From Planctomycetota bacterium (GTDB lineage: Bacteria > Planctomycetota > Phycisphaerae > UBA1845), in NCBI GenBank assembly GCA_052034525.1, contig JBPOIK010000053.1, forward strand, positions 22,351 to 86,350: DNA of 64,000 nucleotides. Reading direction: 5' to 3'. Made by a program: the position numbers and the translations under genes. This document shows, piece by piece, positions 10,210-20,226 of the stretch (position 1 is its first letter; each line of letters opens with the position of its first letter). Below the pieces are notes generated by a model, which saw nothing but the letters and a program-made list of their open reading frames with translations, searched no databases and was not told the origin of the DNA.

Positions 10210-11391
10210 TCAGTCCTTCGCGTTCACGCCCAGATGATCGCGCAGAGCATTCACCAAGGGCTCCTGCGTGGGGTTGGGTGCATGGGTCTTGGAGTCGAAG
10301 AAGGACGAGTACGCAAACAGACAGAAGTTGCCGGTTCCTTCTTCCGCGGCCTGGACGAGGGGAAGCAACCGCTCGGGCGAACCGGCCCGGTAGGCTCCAA
10401 TGCCTTGTGCCACCGCAACGCCATCGGGCATATCTTCCCAGGGGCTCATCCGCTCGGTGAACGCCGAAACGTCGACCGTGTAGTTCATCGGATAGACCAC
10501 GTCCACCAGCCGCTCGTCCACCCAGCGGCGGCTGTCCTGGAAATACCGCTCGCGGGACCGCTCCGGGTCGGCGCCCACGGCAACCGTCAGGGCGGTGTGC
10601 GGCCGGGTTTGTTGAATCATCCGCCGGATTTCCCGGACCAGCTCCGTGAGCTGATCCGCCCGCCACTGCGTCCAGCGCTGCGGTTCATCGTCGGGAGCCA
10701 GGCCAGACGCGGCGTGATAGAGTTCCAGCGTTCGGGCATCGCGGGGGTAGTCGATGTCGGAACCCGGCGGGATGACCGGCGGTTCGGACGGAAATCGGAT
10801 ATAGTCCAGATGCAGCGCATCGATATCGTACCCGGCGACGATTTCCTCGAACACATCGACGAGATACTCCCGTACTTCCGGCAGGCAGGCGTTAAGGCTG
10901 ACGTAGAAGGAGCGCTGGAGCTCCTGCCGCTTGCCGTACTGGTCGTACCAGAACCACTCCGGGTGCGTGTGGTAGAGCTGGCTCGGGCAGGTCGGCGGGC
11001 GGCTGCCCCGCCAGGCGGGCAACACGTTCACCCAGGCTTCCAGGCGAAGCTTGCGCTTGTGGGCCTCGCGCACGGCCACCCCCAGGGGGTCGTATCCGGG
11101 ATCCTGGAAATCAAACCGCTCTGACCACGGTTCGAGACTGGACGGGTAGAAGGCGGTGCCGTTCCCGCGCACTTGGAAAACGACCGTGTTCATTCCCAGG
11201 CTTTGACAGTTGTCCATGATACGAACAATGTCGTCCTGCGTCTTGTAGTCACTGCGCGTGACCCAGATGGCCCGGATGGGCTCCGGGCGCCGGATTCCGG
11301 CGTCGCAACCGGCCAGTACGACGGCACCGGAGAGGATGCCCGCAATGGAGAAGATCCGGGAAACGGAGCGACGAAAGACGATGCGCTTCAT
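10210..11391 (-). CDS. Glycosyl hydrolase-like family 10 (GHL10/YngK-like) lipoprotein.
   Basis: Signal peptide with lipobox 'VLAGC'. TIM-barrel-like blocks include 'VVFQVRGNGTAFYPS' and 'LHLDYIRFP'. SD GGGAG lies upstream of the ATG at 11391. Confidence 0.7.
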   Translation of the reverse strand: MKRIVFRRSVSRIFSIAGILSGAVVLAGCDAGIRRPEPIRAIWVTRSDYKTQDDIVRIMDNCQSLGMNTVVFQVRGNGTAFYPSSLEPWSERFDFQDPGYDPLGVAVREAHKRKLRLEAWVNVLPAWRGSRPPTCPSQLYHTHPEWFWYDQYGKRQELQRSFYVSLNACLPEVREYLVDVFEEIVAGYDIDALHLDYIRFPSEPPVIPPGSDIDYPRDARTLELYHAASGLAPDDEPQRWTQWRADQLTELVREIRRMIQQTRPHTALTVAVGADPERSRERYFQDSRRWVDERLVDVVYPMNYTVDVSAFTERMSPWEDMPDGVAVAQGIGAYRAGSPERLLPLVQAAEEGTGNFCLFAYSSFFDSKTHAPNPTQEPLVNALRDHLGVNAKD

Positions 11392-11548
11392 GACGGTTGC
11401 TCCCAGTCTGCGAGTGACCCGGCGGAGGAGGGCCGCTTGCCCGGCGGATTCCGCGCCGCGGGCATTGCCCTCCTCCGCCGATCCGGTCCTTTTTTACGCT
11501 TATACGCGGTCGCGGCGGATCCGACAACCCGGCGCGCGGGATGCTCCG

Positions 11549-12790
11549 TCAGGCTTGCGTGCAGGCGGATTCCGGTCGATCGAGCTGGAAGGCGCTGTGC
11601 AGGGCCCGCACGGCGCGGCGCCCGTCCGCCTGGTTGATGATGCAGCCGATCACGATTTCGCTGGTGGAGATGGAATGAATGTTGATTTTCTCGTCGGCCA
11701 GCGTCTGGAACACGCGCGAGGCCACGCCCGAGTGCGTGCGCATGCCGATGCCGACGACGCTGACTTTGCAGACGTTTTCGTCCACCTCCACGCCGCGGAA
11801 GCCGTATCGGTCGGCGAGTTGCCGGCCGACTGCTTTCACGCGATCCAACTCGGTCTGGCGGGTGCTGAAGCCGATGTTCGCCACGTTTCCGCCGTCGTAG
11901 ATGTTCTGGATGATGTCGTCCACGACGATTTGGTGCCGGGCGATCTCCGCGAACACGGAGGCGGCCATGCCGGGATTGTTGGGCACGCCGATGAGCACCA
12001 CCGTGGCGAGGTTCTCCTGAAGGGTCACGCCACGGACCACGATGTCTTCCATTCCTGGAGTTTCCGCCATGATCAGGGTTCCCGGTGCGTCGGTCAGCGA
12101 ACTGCGCACGTGAATGGGCACTTGGAACTTCTTGCCGAACTCGATTGCGCGGGAGTGCATCACCCGGGCTCCCGCGCCGGCCATCTCCAGCATCTCGTCA
12201 TAGCAGATGACATCCAGCTTCCGGGCACGCGGCTCGATCCGCGGATCGGTGGTATAGACCCCGTCCACGTCCGTGTAGATCTCGCAGACCTCCGCCTGCA
12301 GGACGGCCGCCAGGGCCGCGGCGGTCGTATCGGATGCCCCGCGGCCCAGCGTGGTGATCTCTCCCCGCTCGTCGATGCCCTGGAAGCCGGCCACAATGAC
12401 GATGTTGCCGGCCCGCAGCTCCTGCTCGATGCGGGCCCGGCTGATGCGCTGAATGCGGGCCTCCGTATGGACGCCGTTGGTCAGCAGACCGAGCTGACCG
12501 CCGGTCAGGCTGATGGCGCGATGGCCGGTGGCATCGATGGCCATCGCCATCAGGGCGATCGAAACCTGCTCGCCGGTCGTCAGAAGCATGTCCATTTCGC
12601 GCGTCGGCGGATGCGCGGTCACCTCCCGGGCCAGGGCGATCAGGCTGTCCGTCGTCTTGCCCATCGCGGAAACGACCAGGACGACGTCGTGCCCGTCCAG
12701 CCGGGCCTGGACCGCGCGGCGGGCGGCTCGATGGATCTTCTCGGCCGACGAGACGGACGTGCCGCCGAATTTCTGAACGATCAGCGTCAT
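11549..12790 (-). CDS. lysC: Aspartate kinase.
   Basis: Contains 'MTLIVQKFGGTSV' and 'VVLVVSAMGKTTD', with C-terminal ACT domains. ATG at 12790. Confidence 0.9.
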   Translation of the reverse strand: MTLIVQKFGGTSVSSAEKIHRAARRAVQARLDGHDVVLVVSAMGKTTDSLIALAREVTAHPPTREMDMLLTTGEQVSIALMAMAIDATGHRAISLTGGQLGLLTNGVHTEARIQRISRARIEQELRAGNIVIVAGFQGIDERGEITTLGRGASDTTAAALAAVLQAEVCEIYTDVDGVYTTDPRIEPRARKLDVICYDEMLEMAGAGARVMHSRAIEFGKKFQVPIHVRSSLTDAPGTLIMAETPGMEDIVVRGVTLQENLATVVLIGVPNNPGMAASVFAEIARHQIVVDDIIQNIYDGGNVANIGFSTRQTELDRVKAVGRQLADRYGFRGVEVDENVCKVSVVGIGMRTHSGVASRVFQTLADEKINIHSISTSEIVIGCIINQADGRRAVRALHSAFQLDRPESACTQA

Positions 12791-12953
12791 GGCCGGGATT
12801 CTATCCCCAGAACAGGGAGGTGGCGATGGAGGAGTGTCCGGATCCATCGACGATCATGCGTCGATTGCGCGCAGAAGAGATATCTTCGAGGCGACATGTC
12901 GAAGCTCGAGCCGAACAGCCGTCGGAGTGGTTCGCCGGAACGCGAACGCCGGC

Positions 12954-13628
12954 TCATCGGGCGCTGACTTTCTGCGCTCGCGTTCTCGCCGGAGCCGGAT
13001 AAGCGGCGGACGTGTCGTTCATCGGGGCGACGGGGACGCTGGCCCGCACCAGAACGGGCAGCGTGCGGCCGGACTCGCGCTGGAGCAGGCGGACCGGGCG
13101 GATCAGATCCTGGATCGCCGCGATGCGGCGCGGGTTCTGCCGCGCGGGATCGGGCACCGCGCCCTCGATGACACGAATCTCGTGATACGGGCTTCGGGCG
13201 ATGGCATCCGACGCCGAATCCGGATCCAACTCGGCCAGCCAGCAGTGTCCGACCACCCGCCACTGCGGCGCCACACGCCGGGCCATTTCCACGTGATGCA
13301 GAATCACCGGATGCAGCAAGGCGGCGGGCGTGGGCAGGATGTGCATGGTGATGACATCATCCTTCCACCGCGACAGACACTCCATCCACCACCAGTCATC
13401 GAACCAGACGGAGGTCTCGCCGTCCGGATCTGTGGCTTCGATGAGAATGTCGGTCGGCTTCACGTCGTCGGGTGGCGGCAATGATCCGTCGCTCGAGGCG
13501 GCGATGCGGATGGTGCGAGCCCGTCGCGGCCCCTGCCGCAAACCTGCCGCCGCCTGTCTCTGCTCTACCCAGCTCGGGATGTCCATGCCCATCGGCTCCT
13601 GCCAGAACACAATCTCCACGTGACCCAT
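12954..13628 (-). CDS. Hypothetical protein.
   Basis: Long ORF with genome-typical codon usage, placed between lysC and apgM. No motif recognised. Confidence 0.45.
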   Translation of the reverse strand: MGHVEIVFWQEPMGMDIPSWVEQRQAAAGLRQGPRRARTIRIAASSDGSLPPPDDVKPTDILIEATDPDGETSVWFDDWWWMECLSRWKDDVITMHILPTPAALLHPVILHHVEMARRVAPQWRVVGHCWLAELDPDSASDAIARSPYHEIRVIEGAVPDPARQNPRRIAAIQDLIRPVRLLQRESGRTLPVLVRASVPVAPMNDTSAAYPAPARTRAQKVSAR

Positions 13629-13772
13629 TATCGGTCGCTTGGACTTATCGACCCTTTGCCACACGGAACTTTACGGCAGTTTGTGCGGGCGATCAGACGG
13701 CCTTTTCCAAAGGCGCGCATTTCCGGCGCATGTGCTGTTACCAGCTGCACCGCAAGGAGTTACGAACGATTG

Positions 13773-14960
13773 TCACGACTTCAGGAAGTATGGCATGAGG
13801 CCGTGGCCCGGATCGATCTGCAAGTCGCTCCGCTCTGCCGACTGCTCGGTGAAGGGTCGTTCGAGCACTGCCTGCACGCCTTCCCCGGCCAGGCAGAAAG
13901 GGGGCGGATCGGCGGTGTGGGTCCGCTTTTCCACCGGTGTGGGATGGTCCGGCGCGACGAGGATCTTCCAGGCGTCAAAGGTCCGCAGTTTTTCCAGCAC
14001 CGGGCCGACAATGTGCTTGTCGATGCGTTCCAGGGCCTGGATCTTCGCCTTGGCGTCGCCGTTGTGTCCGGCCTCGTCCGGCGCCTCCACGTGAACGATG
14101 ACCAGGTCGTACGTATCCAGCGCTTCGACGGCCGCCTGTCCTTTCCCGCGGTAGTCGGTGTCCAGGTAGCCGGTGGCGCCGGGCACCTCAATGGTGTCCA
14201 TGCCCACCAGGCGGGCCAGCCCGCGCACCAGGTCCACGGCGGCGATCACCGCGCCCCGCAGGCCGTAGCGGTCCGCGAACGACTCCATCGCCTGGCTGCG
14301 GCCCTGGCCCCAGAGCCAGATGTGCGAGGCCTGATTTTCCTCCAGCTCGCGCCGCACGTCGTTGATTTCGTGGTTGTAGAGCAAGTCCTCGGCCCGCTCC
14401 ATGACATAGCGCACACGCTCGGCCCCCGCGCCTCTGGGCAGATACGCCTGGACCTTCTTGCCAAGAATGTCGTGGGGCGGCGTGCATTCGCAGTTGATCT
14501 CCGCGGCGTCTTTGAGCACCAGCAGATGCCGGTATGAGACGCCCGGGTAGAACTCCACGTCCTCGGCGCCCAGGTGACGGTTCAGGTCTTCGATAATGAT
14601 GGCCGCCTCATTCGTCGAAATATGTCCGGCCGTGAAATCGTCCATGATCCCTTCGACGATGGTGACCAGGTTGCAGCGGAAGACGAGATCGTTGCCGGCG
14701 ACCTGAATACCCTGGGCGGCGGCCTCCAGCGGGGCGCGCCCGCTGTAATCCTTGGCCGGGTTGTATCCCAGCAGCGACATGATGCATACATCGCTGCCGG
14801 CGGCGAAATTCCGGGGGACCGTGCGCACCCGCCCCTGGCGGCCGTTGGTGGAAATCCAGTGGATGTTCGGGAGGGTGGCGACTTCCAGCGGAGTCCGTCC
14901 GCCGAGCAGGTCCAGCGGCTCGTCGGCGGCGCCGTCGGGAATGATCAATGCGTATTTCAT
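13773..14960 (-). CDS. apgM: 2,3-bisphosphoglycerate-independent phosphoglycerate mutase, archaeal type (ApgM family).
   Basis: Contains 'MKYALIIPDGAADEP' and the metalloenzyme/PhosphMutase domain layout. ATG at 14960. Confidence 0.8.
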   Translation of the reverse strand: MKYALIIPDGAADEPLDLLGGRTPLEVATLPNIHWISTNGRQGRVRTVPRNFAAGSDVCIMSLLGYNPAKDYSGRAPLEAAAQGIQVAGNDLVFRCNLVTIVEGIMDDFTAGHISTNEAAIIIEDLNRHLGAEDVEFYPGVSYRHLLVLKDAAEINCECTPPHDILGKKVQAYLPRGAGAERVRYVMERAEDLLYNHEINDVRRELEENQASHIWLWGQGRSQAMESFADRYGLRGAVIAAVDLVRGLARLVGMDTIEVPGATGYLDTDYRGKGQAAVEALDTYDLVIVHVEAPDEAGHNGDAKAKIQALERIDKHIVGPVLEKLRTFDAWKILVAPDHPTPVEKRTHTADPPPFCLAGEGVQAVLERPFTEQSAERSDLQIDPGHGLMPYFLKS

Positions 14961-15272
14961 TGGCGCGTCCGTGTGCTTGCGGTTGTGTGGTTGTGCCGTT
15001 CGGCGGCGGCAGACCGCAGGCGCAGAACCCTGCGCCCTATCACCCATCGTCCTGCCCGCCCCGGTGGGTACACTTTATTTTCGGCGGCTCGCGACGGCAA
15101 GGCGAACGCGGTCGGACGCCGCGCTCAGGACGTCCGCCGGTCGGCGCTGGACGGTCCGGGGCTCGACGGCTAAAGTGTCCGCTCCAGCTCCGCAGGGGCG
15201 GGCCTTGCCTGTCAGCGCGGGACAGGGATAAGCGGTATTCCCATCAGCGATGAACACTACGGGATCGTACCC

Positions 15273-17279
15273 ATGCCAGACAAGCAGACCGTGTGCGTAT
15301 GGATTGTCGCCGCGATGGCGGCGTGGACGCTGGCCGTGCGGGCCGATGTGCCGAAACCGGCCACGCACGAGGAGATTCAGGCGCTCATCCACTCGGCGGG
15401 TTCGGCCAAGGACTACGACGACGCGCCGTTCGTCTACCTGCTGGACGAGGCGGACGTGTTCGTGCGGGACTCGGGCCTGGCCACCACGGAAAGCTGCCAA
15501 GTCATCAAGATTCTGACGGACGCGGGGGTCAAAGCGTTTTCCCGACTGGTGCTGGAGTTTGACCCGGACACCTACCGCGTGGCCGTGCGATCCGTCCGGA
15601 TCCACCGGCTCGACGGCCGTGTGGAAGACGTGCCGCTGACGGACGTGATCACGCAGCCGGCCCCACAGTACATGCTCTACTGGGGCAACGAGCAGCACGT
15701 GCTGGGCCTGCCCCGCATGAACATCGGAGACGCGCTGGAACTGCGGATCAGCCGGACGGGCGTGAACATCGCCTACCTGGCCGGAGATGCCGTCGGCGCC
15801 TCCGGCGAGGCCGGCGAGCTTCAGCCGCCGATGCCCGGGCACTGGTTTGAGACCACGTTATTTCAGGGTTCGCACCCGATTGTGCGGAAGCGATACTCCG
15901 TCCACACGCCCAAGGACAAACCGATCCAGTACGAGGTGTACAACCAGCCGCTGAAATCGTCATCGTGGTTCAACACAGATTATCACGTCATCACGTTCAG
16001 CGCGGAGGACATTCCGGCTGTCAAAGCCGAGCCGCGCATGGTGGCGTTGGACGACAGCGTGGCCAAGGTGGTGATGGCCACCGTGCCGGACTGGCCCATG
16101 AAATCGCGTTGGTTCTGGGAGGTGAACCAGGGCCAGTTCGAGGCGGACGACGCCATCCGCGCCAAGATCGCGGAAGTCACGGCCGGCGCCGCCACGGAGG
16201 AGGACCGCCGGGCGGCGCTGCTGCACTGGGTGGCGGACAACATCCGATACAGCGGCACGAGCCGGGGTCCGCGAGAGGGGTTCACCCTGCACACCGGCAT
16301 CGAGACGTTCCGGGACCGCATGGGCGTGTGCAAGGACATTGCCGGCATGCTCATCACCATGTTCCGCGCCGCCGGCCTCGACGCCTATCCCACGCTGACC
16401 ATGGCCGGCCCGCGCGTGGAACGCATCCCCGCCGACCAGTTCAACCATACCGTGGCGGTGGTCAGAGAACAGGACGGCTCGTTCACGCTTTACGACCCTA
16501 CCTGGGCGCCCTGGTCGCGGCAGATGTGGTCCGTCTCCGAGCCGGTGCAGGGCGTGGTGTACGGCACGCCGGAAGGCGAGGATCTGACGTTGTCCCCGTA
16601 CTTCCCGCCGGAAGTGAATCTGGCGGCGTTCACCACTCAGAGCGTGCTCCGCGAAAACGGAACGCTCGACATGTCGATCCGCGCGGAGCTGAGCGGATAC
16701 GCCTGCACGGCGTTGCGGCGCAGCGTTTGGCGCACGCCGCCGGGCGAGCGGCAAGGGATGTTTGAGCAGGCGGTGGGCATTTCGCCGACGGCGCGGATCG
16801 AGCACGTGGAGTACACGGACCCGCTGGATTACTCCGTGGATTCCAGCGTGGAGATGAAGGTGACGGCGCCTCAGTATGCGGCCGGCTCGGGCCCGGTGCG
16901 CGCGTTCCGGGTGCCGATGCTGTCGCATCCGTTCTCGTCGTTCCTGGCGCCCGAGCTGACGTATCCGGTGGACGCAAAGACCCGCCAGTACGGCGTGCGA
17001 TTGCGGGCGACGCGGATGCTCCGGTATGACGAAACGGTGTCGCTGCCCGCGGGCTGGACGGTGCGGGAGGTGCCGGAACCACGGACGATCGACTCCGAGG
17101 CCGCCTCCCTGACGTTCGAAGCCAAGCCCGCAAACGGCGGGCTGACCATGCATCTGGAGATGAGCCTCAAGCACCACATTATTCCGGCGAAGGATTATGC
17201 GGGGTTCAAGGAGGTTCTGGACGCCATGAGAAGTCTTGGCGACGCCTGGGTGCTCTGCACGGTGGAAGCCGCTCCCTGA
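15273..17279 (+). CDS. Secreted transglutaminase-like protein (DUF3857-like N-terminal domain plus TGase core).
   Basis: Has a signal peptide. The Cys of the Cys-His-Asp core is present in 'DRMGVCKDIAGMLITMFRAAGLDAY...FNHTVA...YDPTW'. Confidence 0.7.
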   Translation: MPDKQTVCVWIVAAMAAWTLAVRADVPKPATHEEIQALIHSAGSAKDYDDAPFVYLLDEADVFVRDSGLATTESCQVIKILTDAGVKAFSRLVLEFDPDTYRVAVRSVRIHRLDGRVEDVPLTDVITQPAPQYMLYWGNEQHVLGLPRMNIGDALELRISRTGVNIAYLAGDAVGASGEAGELQPPMPGHWFETTLFQGSHPIVRKRYSVHTPKDKPIQYEVYNQPLKSSSWFNTDYHVITFSAEDIPAVKAEPRMVALDDSVAKVVMATVPDWPMKSRWFWEVNQGQFEADDAIRAKIAEVTAGAATEEDRRAALLHWVADNIRYSGTSRGPREGFTLHTGIETFRDRMGVCKDIAGMLITMFRAAGLDAYPTLTMAGPRVERIPADQFNHTVAVVREQDGSFTLYDPTWAPWSRQMWSVSEPVQGVVYGTPEGEDLTLSPYFPPEVNLAAFTTQSVLRENGTLDMSIRAELSGYACTALRRSVWRTPPGERQGMFEQAVGISPTARIEHVEYTDPLDYSVDSSVEMKVTAPQYAAGSGPVRAFRVPMLSHPFSSFLAPELTYPVDAKTRQYGVRLRATRMLRYDETVSLPAGWTVREVPEPRTIDSEAASLTFEAKPANGGLTMHLEMSLKHHIIPAKDYAGFKEVLDAMRSLGDAWVLCTVEAAP

Positions 17280-17318
17280 TCCGACAGACGTGTGTGCCTG
17301 TACCTTTGAGAGCCGATC

Positions 17319-19241
17319 ATGACCAGACATTGCCGATCCGAGCGTTTGTCGTGTTTTTTGACGATGGTATGCCTGATGGCCGCGTGGATGGTCCTGGCCA
17401 GCCCGGGCTGCCAGGCCGCCCAGGCGGCGGCGCAGCCGGTCCCGTCGCCCGCCCAGAGTCCGGAAGGCGCGGCGCCGGACGCCGTCATCCAGTTGTGGGA
17501 ACAGCGCTGGACGCTGGAGCCGGACGGCACGCTTCACCGCCGAGAGCACAAGAAGATCCAGATGGTCACCACTCGCCTGGAGAGACTGCTGGGCGATCCG
17601 CGGCTGGACCATTGTGCCGGAACGGACGAACTGATCATCCACACCGCCCGGACCATCCGTCCGGACGGCACCGTGCAGCCCGTGCCGGACTATGCCATCA
17701 ACCTGGTGGGTCCGGACGACGTGGCGGGCTGGCCGGCGTACCGTCAGTGGCGGCAGACGGTGATCTCGTCCGTTGGGATCGAGCCGGGCGCGGTGGTGGA
17801 GCTGGATTACGAAGTGATCACGCGGGCGGGCGTCGTTCCGTGGCTGGAGGCGGACCTGAATCTCCAGGACGCCCAGCCGATCACCGAACGCGTCGTCTCC
17901 GTGACGCTGCCGGAGGGGCTGCCACTGCACTACCGCCTGGACCGGGCGCAGCCGGAGACGGCCCCCGCGCGGGGCGCGACCGGCGAATACGTCTGGCGTT
18001 TCACCAATCTGCCCGCCGTTCCGGTCGAGCCGCAGTCGCCGCCGTGGAAGGAGAGTTCCGGACGGCTGCGATTCTCCATCTGCCCCAGCGCCGGCGCCTG
18101 GACGACGGCGTATCTGACGCGCGCCGAGCAGGCAGGTCCGCCGGACGAGGCGATCCGGGCGTTCGTAACCCAGGCCGCGGAGGACCAGACGACGCCCCGG
18201 GCCCGGATCGAAGCGGTCTCGAAGAAGCTGCAAGACACCTTCAATCTCGTGGATTCGCCCAAAACCATCCGTGAGCTGAACTGCCGGACCGTGTCCGAGG
18301 TTTTTGCGACCAACTACGGCAACCCGCTGGAGGCGGGTGCCCTGTTCGCCGCGGTGATGCGCGCGCTGGGCCACACGCCGACCCTGTACCTGGCGGTCCG
18401 CACACCGGACTGGGATTCGGCGCTGCCGACGGCGTCGGATCTGGCGGGGCTGGTGGTCTCCGTCGACCTGCCGGACGAAACGGTCTACATCCATCCCGGG
18501 CACGGCGTCTTCCGCAATCCCGGAACGTGGGGCCGGCACGCTTTGCTGCGCGTCGATCCGGCCGGACAGGTGCAATCACTGGCGGTGCTTCAGCGAGGCG
18601 AGGCGGACGGGAGCGAATTGCACGTCAGCGGCGCGATCGATCTGGACGGCGAAGGCATGGCCTCCGGCGAACTTCGCGTGCGTCTGACCGGCGCGTTCTT
18701 CGATCCGGATTCGCTGGATTCGGCTGACAGCCAGTCCAGGCGGCTCAAATCCCTTCTGGGCGGCGTGCTGAGCGGCTTCGAAGTCCGCAAACACTCGGTC
18801 ACAACCCTGTCCGCCGACGTTTTTCAGGCCACGGTGTCGGTAGCCTCGAAAGAGCCGCTCCAATCGCTGGACAAAAATCGGGCGATGCTGCTGGGTGGCG
18901 GCCCTGCGTCGCTGGCGGATTTTCCGATGCCGCTGGATCGGTCGGACCGTCGCAATGACGTGCGGCTGGCCGGGCGCTTCCGCGAGAGCGTGGATTTGAC
19001 CGTCAAGCTGCCCAAGAAGTGGTCGGCGACCGTGCTGCCGGCGGCGATGCCGGCCGTGGAGGGCGATTGGGGCCGGGCGGAGCAGATCGTCGAGGAGACG
19101 GACGGCTCCGTGCGATTCCGGCGAACCATCGAGGTCCGGCAGGACACCCTTTCCCCGGCGGTCTTCGCCGGCCTGCGCGACGCGATGAACACCCTGCGCA
19201 CCGACGCGGCCCGCCTGCTGGTGTGCGCACCGACGCCGTGA
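17319..19241 (+). CDS. Paralogous secreted transglutaminase-like protein, apparently without the catalytic Cys.
   Basis: Has a signal peptide. The 'NYGNPLEAGALFAAVMRALGHTP' block aligns to the TGase core of the upstream paralogue but has N/G where the Cys should be. Confidence 0.6.
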   Translation: MTRHCRSERLSCFLTMVCLMAAWMVLASPGCQAAQAAAQPVPSPAQSPEGAAPDAVIQLWEQRWTLEPDGTLHRREHKKIQMVTTRLERLLGDPRLDHCAGTDELIIHTARTIRPDGTVQPVPDYAINLVGPDDVAGWPAYRQWRQTVISSVGIEPGAVVELDYEVITRAGVVPWLEADLNLQDAQPITERVVSVTLPEGLPLHYRLDRAQPETAPARGATGEYVWRFTNLPAVPVEPQSPPWKESSGRLRFSICPSAGAWTTAYLTRAEQAGPPDEAIRAFVTQAAEDQTTPRARIEAVSKKLQDTFNLVDSPKTIRELNCRTVSEVFATNYGNPLEAGALFAAVMRALGHTPTLYLAVRTPDWDSALPTASDLAGLVVSVDLPDETVYIHPGHGVFRNPGTWGRHALLRVDPAGQVQSLAVLQRGEADGSELHVSGAIDLDGEGMASGELRVRLTGAFFDPDSLDSADSQSRRLKSLLGGVLSGFEVRKHSVTTLSADVFQATVSVASKEPLQSLDKNRAMLLGGGPASLADFPMPLDRSDRRNDVRLAGRFRESVDLTVKLPKKWSATVLPAAMPAVEGDWGRAEQIVEETDGSVRFRRTIEVRQDTLSPAVFAGLRDAMNTLRTDAARLLVCAPTP

Positions 19242-19450
19242 GAGATCAGGTACGGACACCCCCATCTGAAAAAGGGGGCACTGGCCGGTCGGCTGAAGCC
19301 GATCATCTCGCACACGGAAGACCGGGCAAACATCGATTCCTCACCAGGATACACTCTTCGCGCTGCAAACGTGCGATTGCGTCTCAGCTCGCGCAGGTAT
19401 TCCCGTCCGCGCGCGGTGCGAGATCATTCGCATCCGCCGAATCGGCGCAG

Positions 19451-20128
19451 TCAGACCGCCAGCACGGTTTCGAGCGCATCCAGGCTTGAGATGGTGGCAG
19501 ACGCGATTCCGCCGGTCGGGACGGCGGCATCGGCGTAGACGCCGCCGGGGCGGAGAACGCGGACCGTTCGCCAGCCAAGGGCGTTGGGGGCCACGAAGTC
19601 TTTGGCCGGGTTGTCGGATACATACGCGCAGGCAGACCCCGGCAGGGCGAACTGTCTCATGACCGCTTCAAACGCACGCGGGTGCGGCTTCCAGAATTCA
19701 CGACCCCATTCGTCGGTCAGGTACACTGCATCGAAGATCGGCCGGATGCCCAGGGCGTCCAGCTTGGCGTTCTGTGCAGCAAGGTACCCATCGGAGATCA
19801 GGGCCAGGCGGTATCGGCCGCGCAGGCGGGCCAAGGCGGCGTCGGCGTCGGGGAACAGCGTGATGCTCGGCACGTGCCGGCGGTATGCGTCCACCATCTG
19901 TGCCACCATCGCGTCCGGATTCTCCGCGCGGGCCTCCGCGCAGACCATGTTGAACACGCGGCCACGATCTGGCGAAGCGGCCAGGGCTTTCATCCGATCC
20001 AGCAGGTCAAACGGAGCGTTAAGCCGATCGGAAAACGCCCGCGCCACTGCCGCGAAGCCGCTCTCCACGTAGGCGCGCTCGGGGTACAGCGTATCATCGA
20101 GGTCGAATACAACGGCGCGAATGGGCAT
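19451..20128 (-). CDS. HAD superfamily hydrolase.
   Basis: Motif I 'VVFDLDDTL' at the N-terminus, with downstream HAD motifs. Confidence 0.8.
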   Translation of the reverse strand: MPIRAVVFDLDDTLYPERAYVESGFAAVARAFSDRLNAPFDLLDRMKALAASPDRGRVFNMVCAEARAENPDAMVAQMVDAYRRHVPSITLFPDADAALARLRGRYRLALISDGYLAAQNAKLDALGIRPIFDAVYLTDEWGREFWKPHPRAFEAVMRQFALPGSACAYVSDNPAKDFVAPNALGWRTVRVLRPGGVYADAAVPTGGIASATISSLDALETVLAV

Positions 20129-20226
20129 GGCCGGCGTCTCAAAGCGGGTCCGTTCGCCGGGGGAACGCGGCGGCCCGCCGCCGCGTCGCTTCCCGCGGTC
20201 CGGCTCCGATGATACCCTCTTGGGCC

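Noticed and set aside
15960-18575. 871-aa ORF on the minus strand.
   Set aside because: It is antisense to the two transglutaminase-like genes and is extremely Arg-rich.
19258-19283. CCCCC-atctgaaaaa-GGGGG hairpin after the second transglutaminase-like gene as a terminator.
   Set aside because: The stem is only 5-7 bp and there is no U-tract on either strand.
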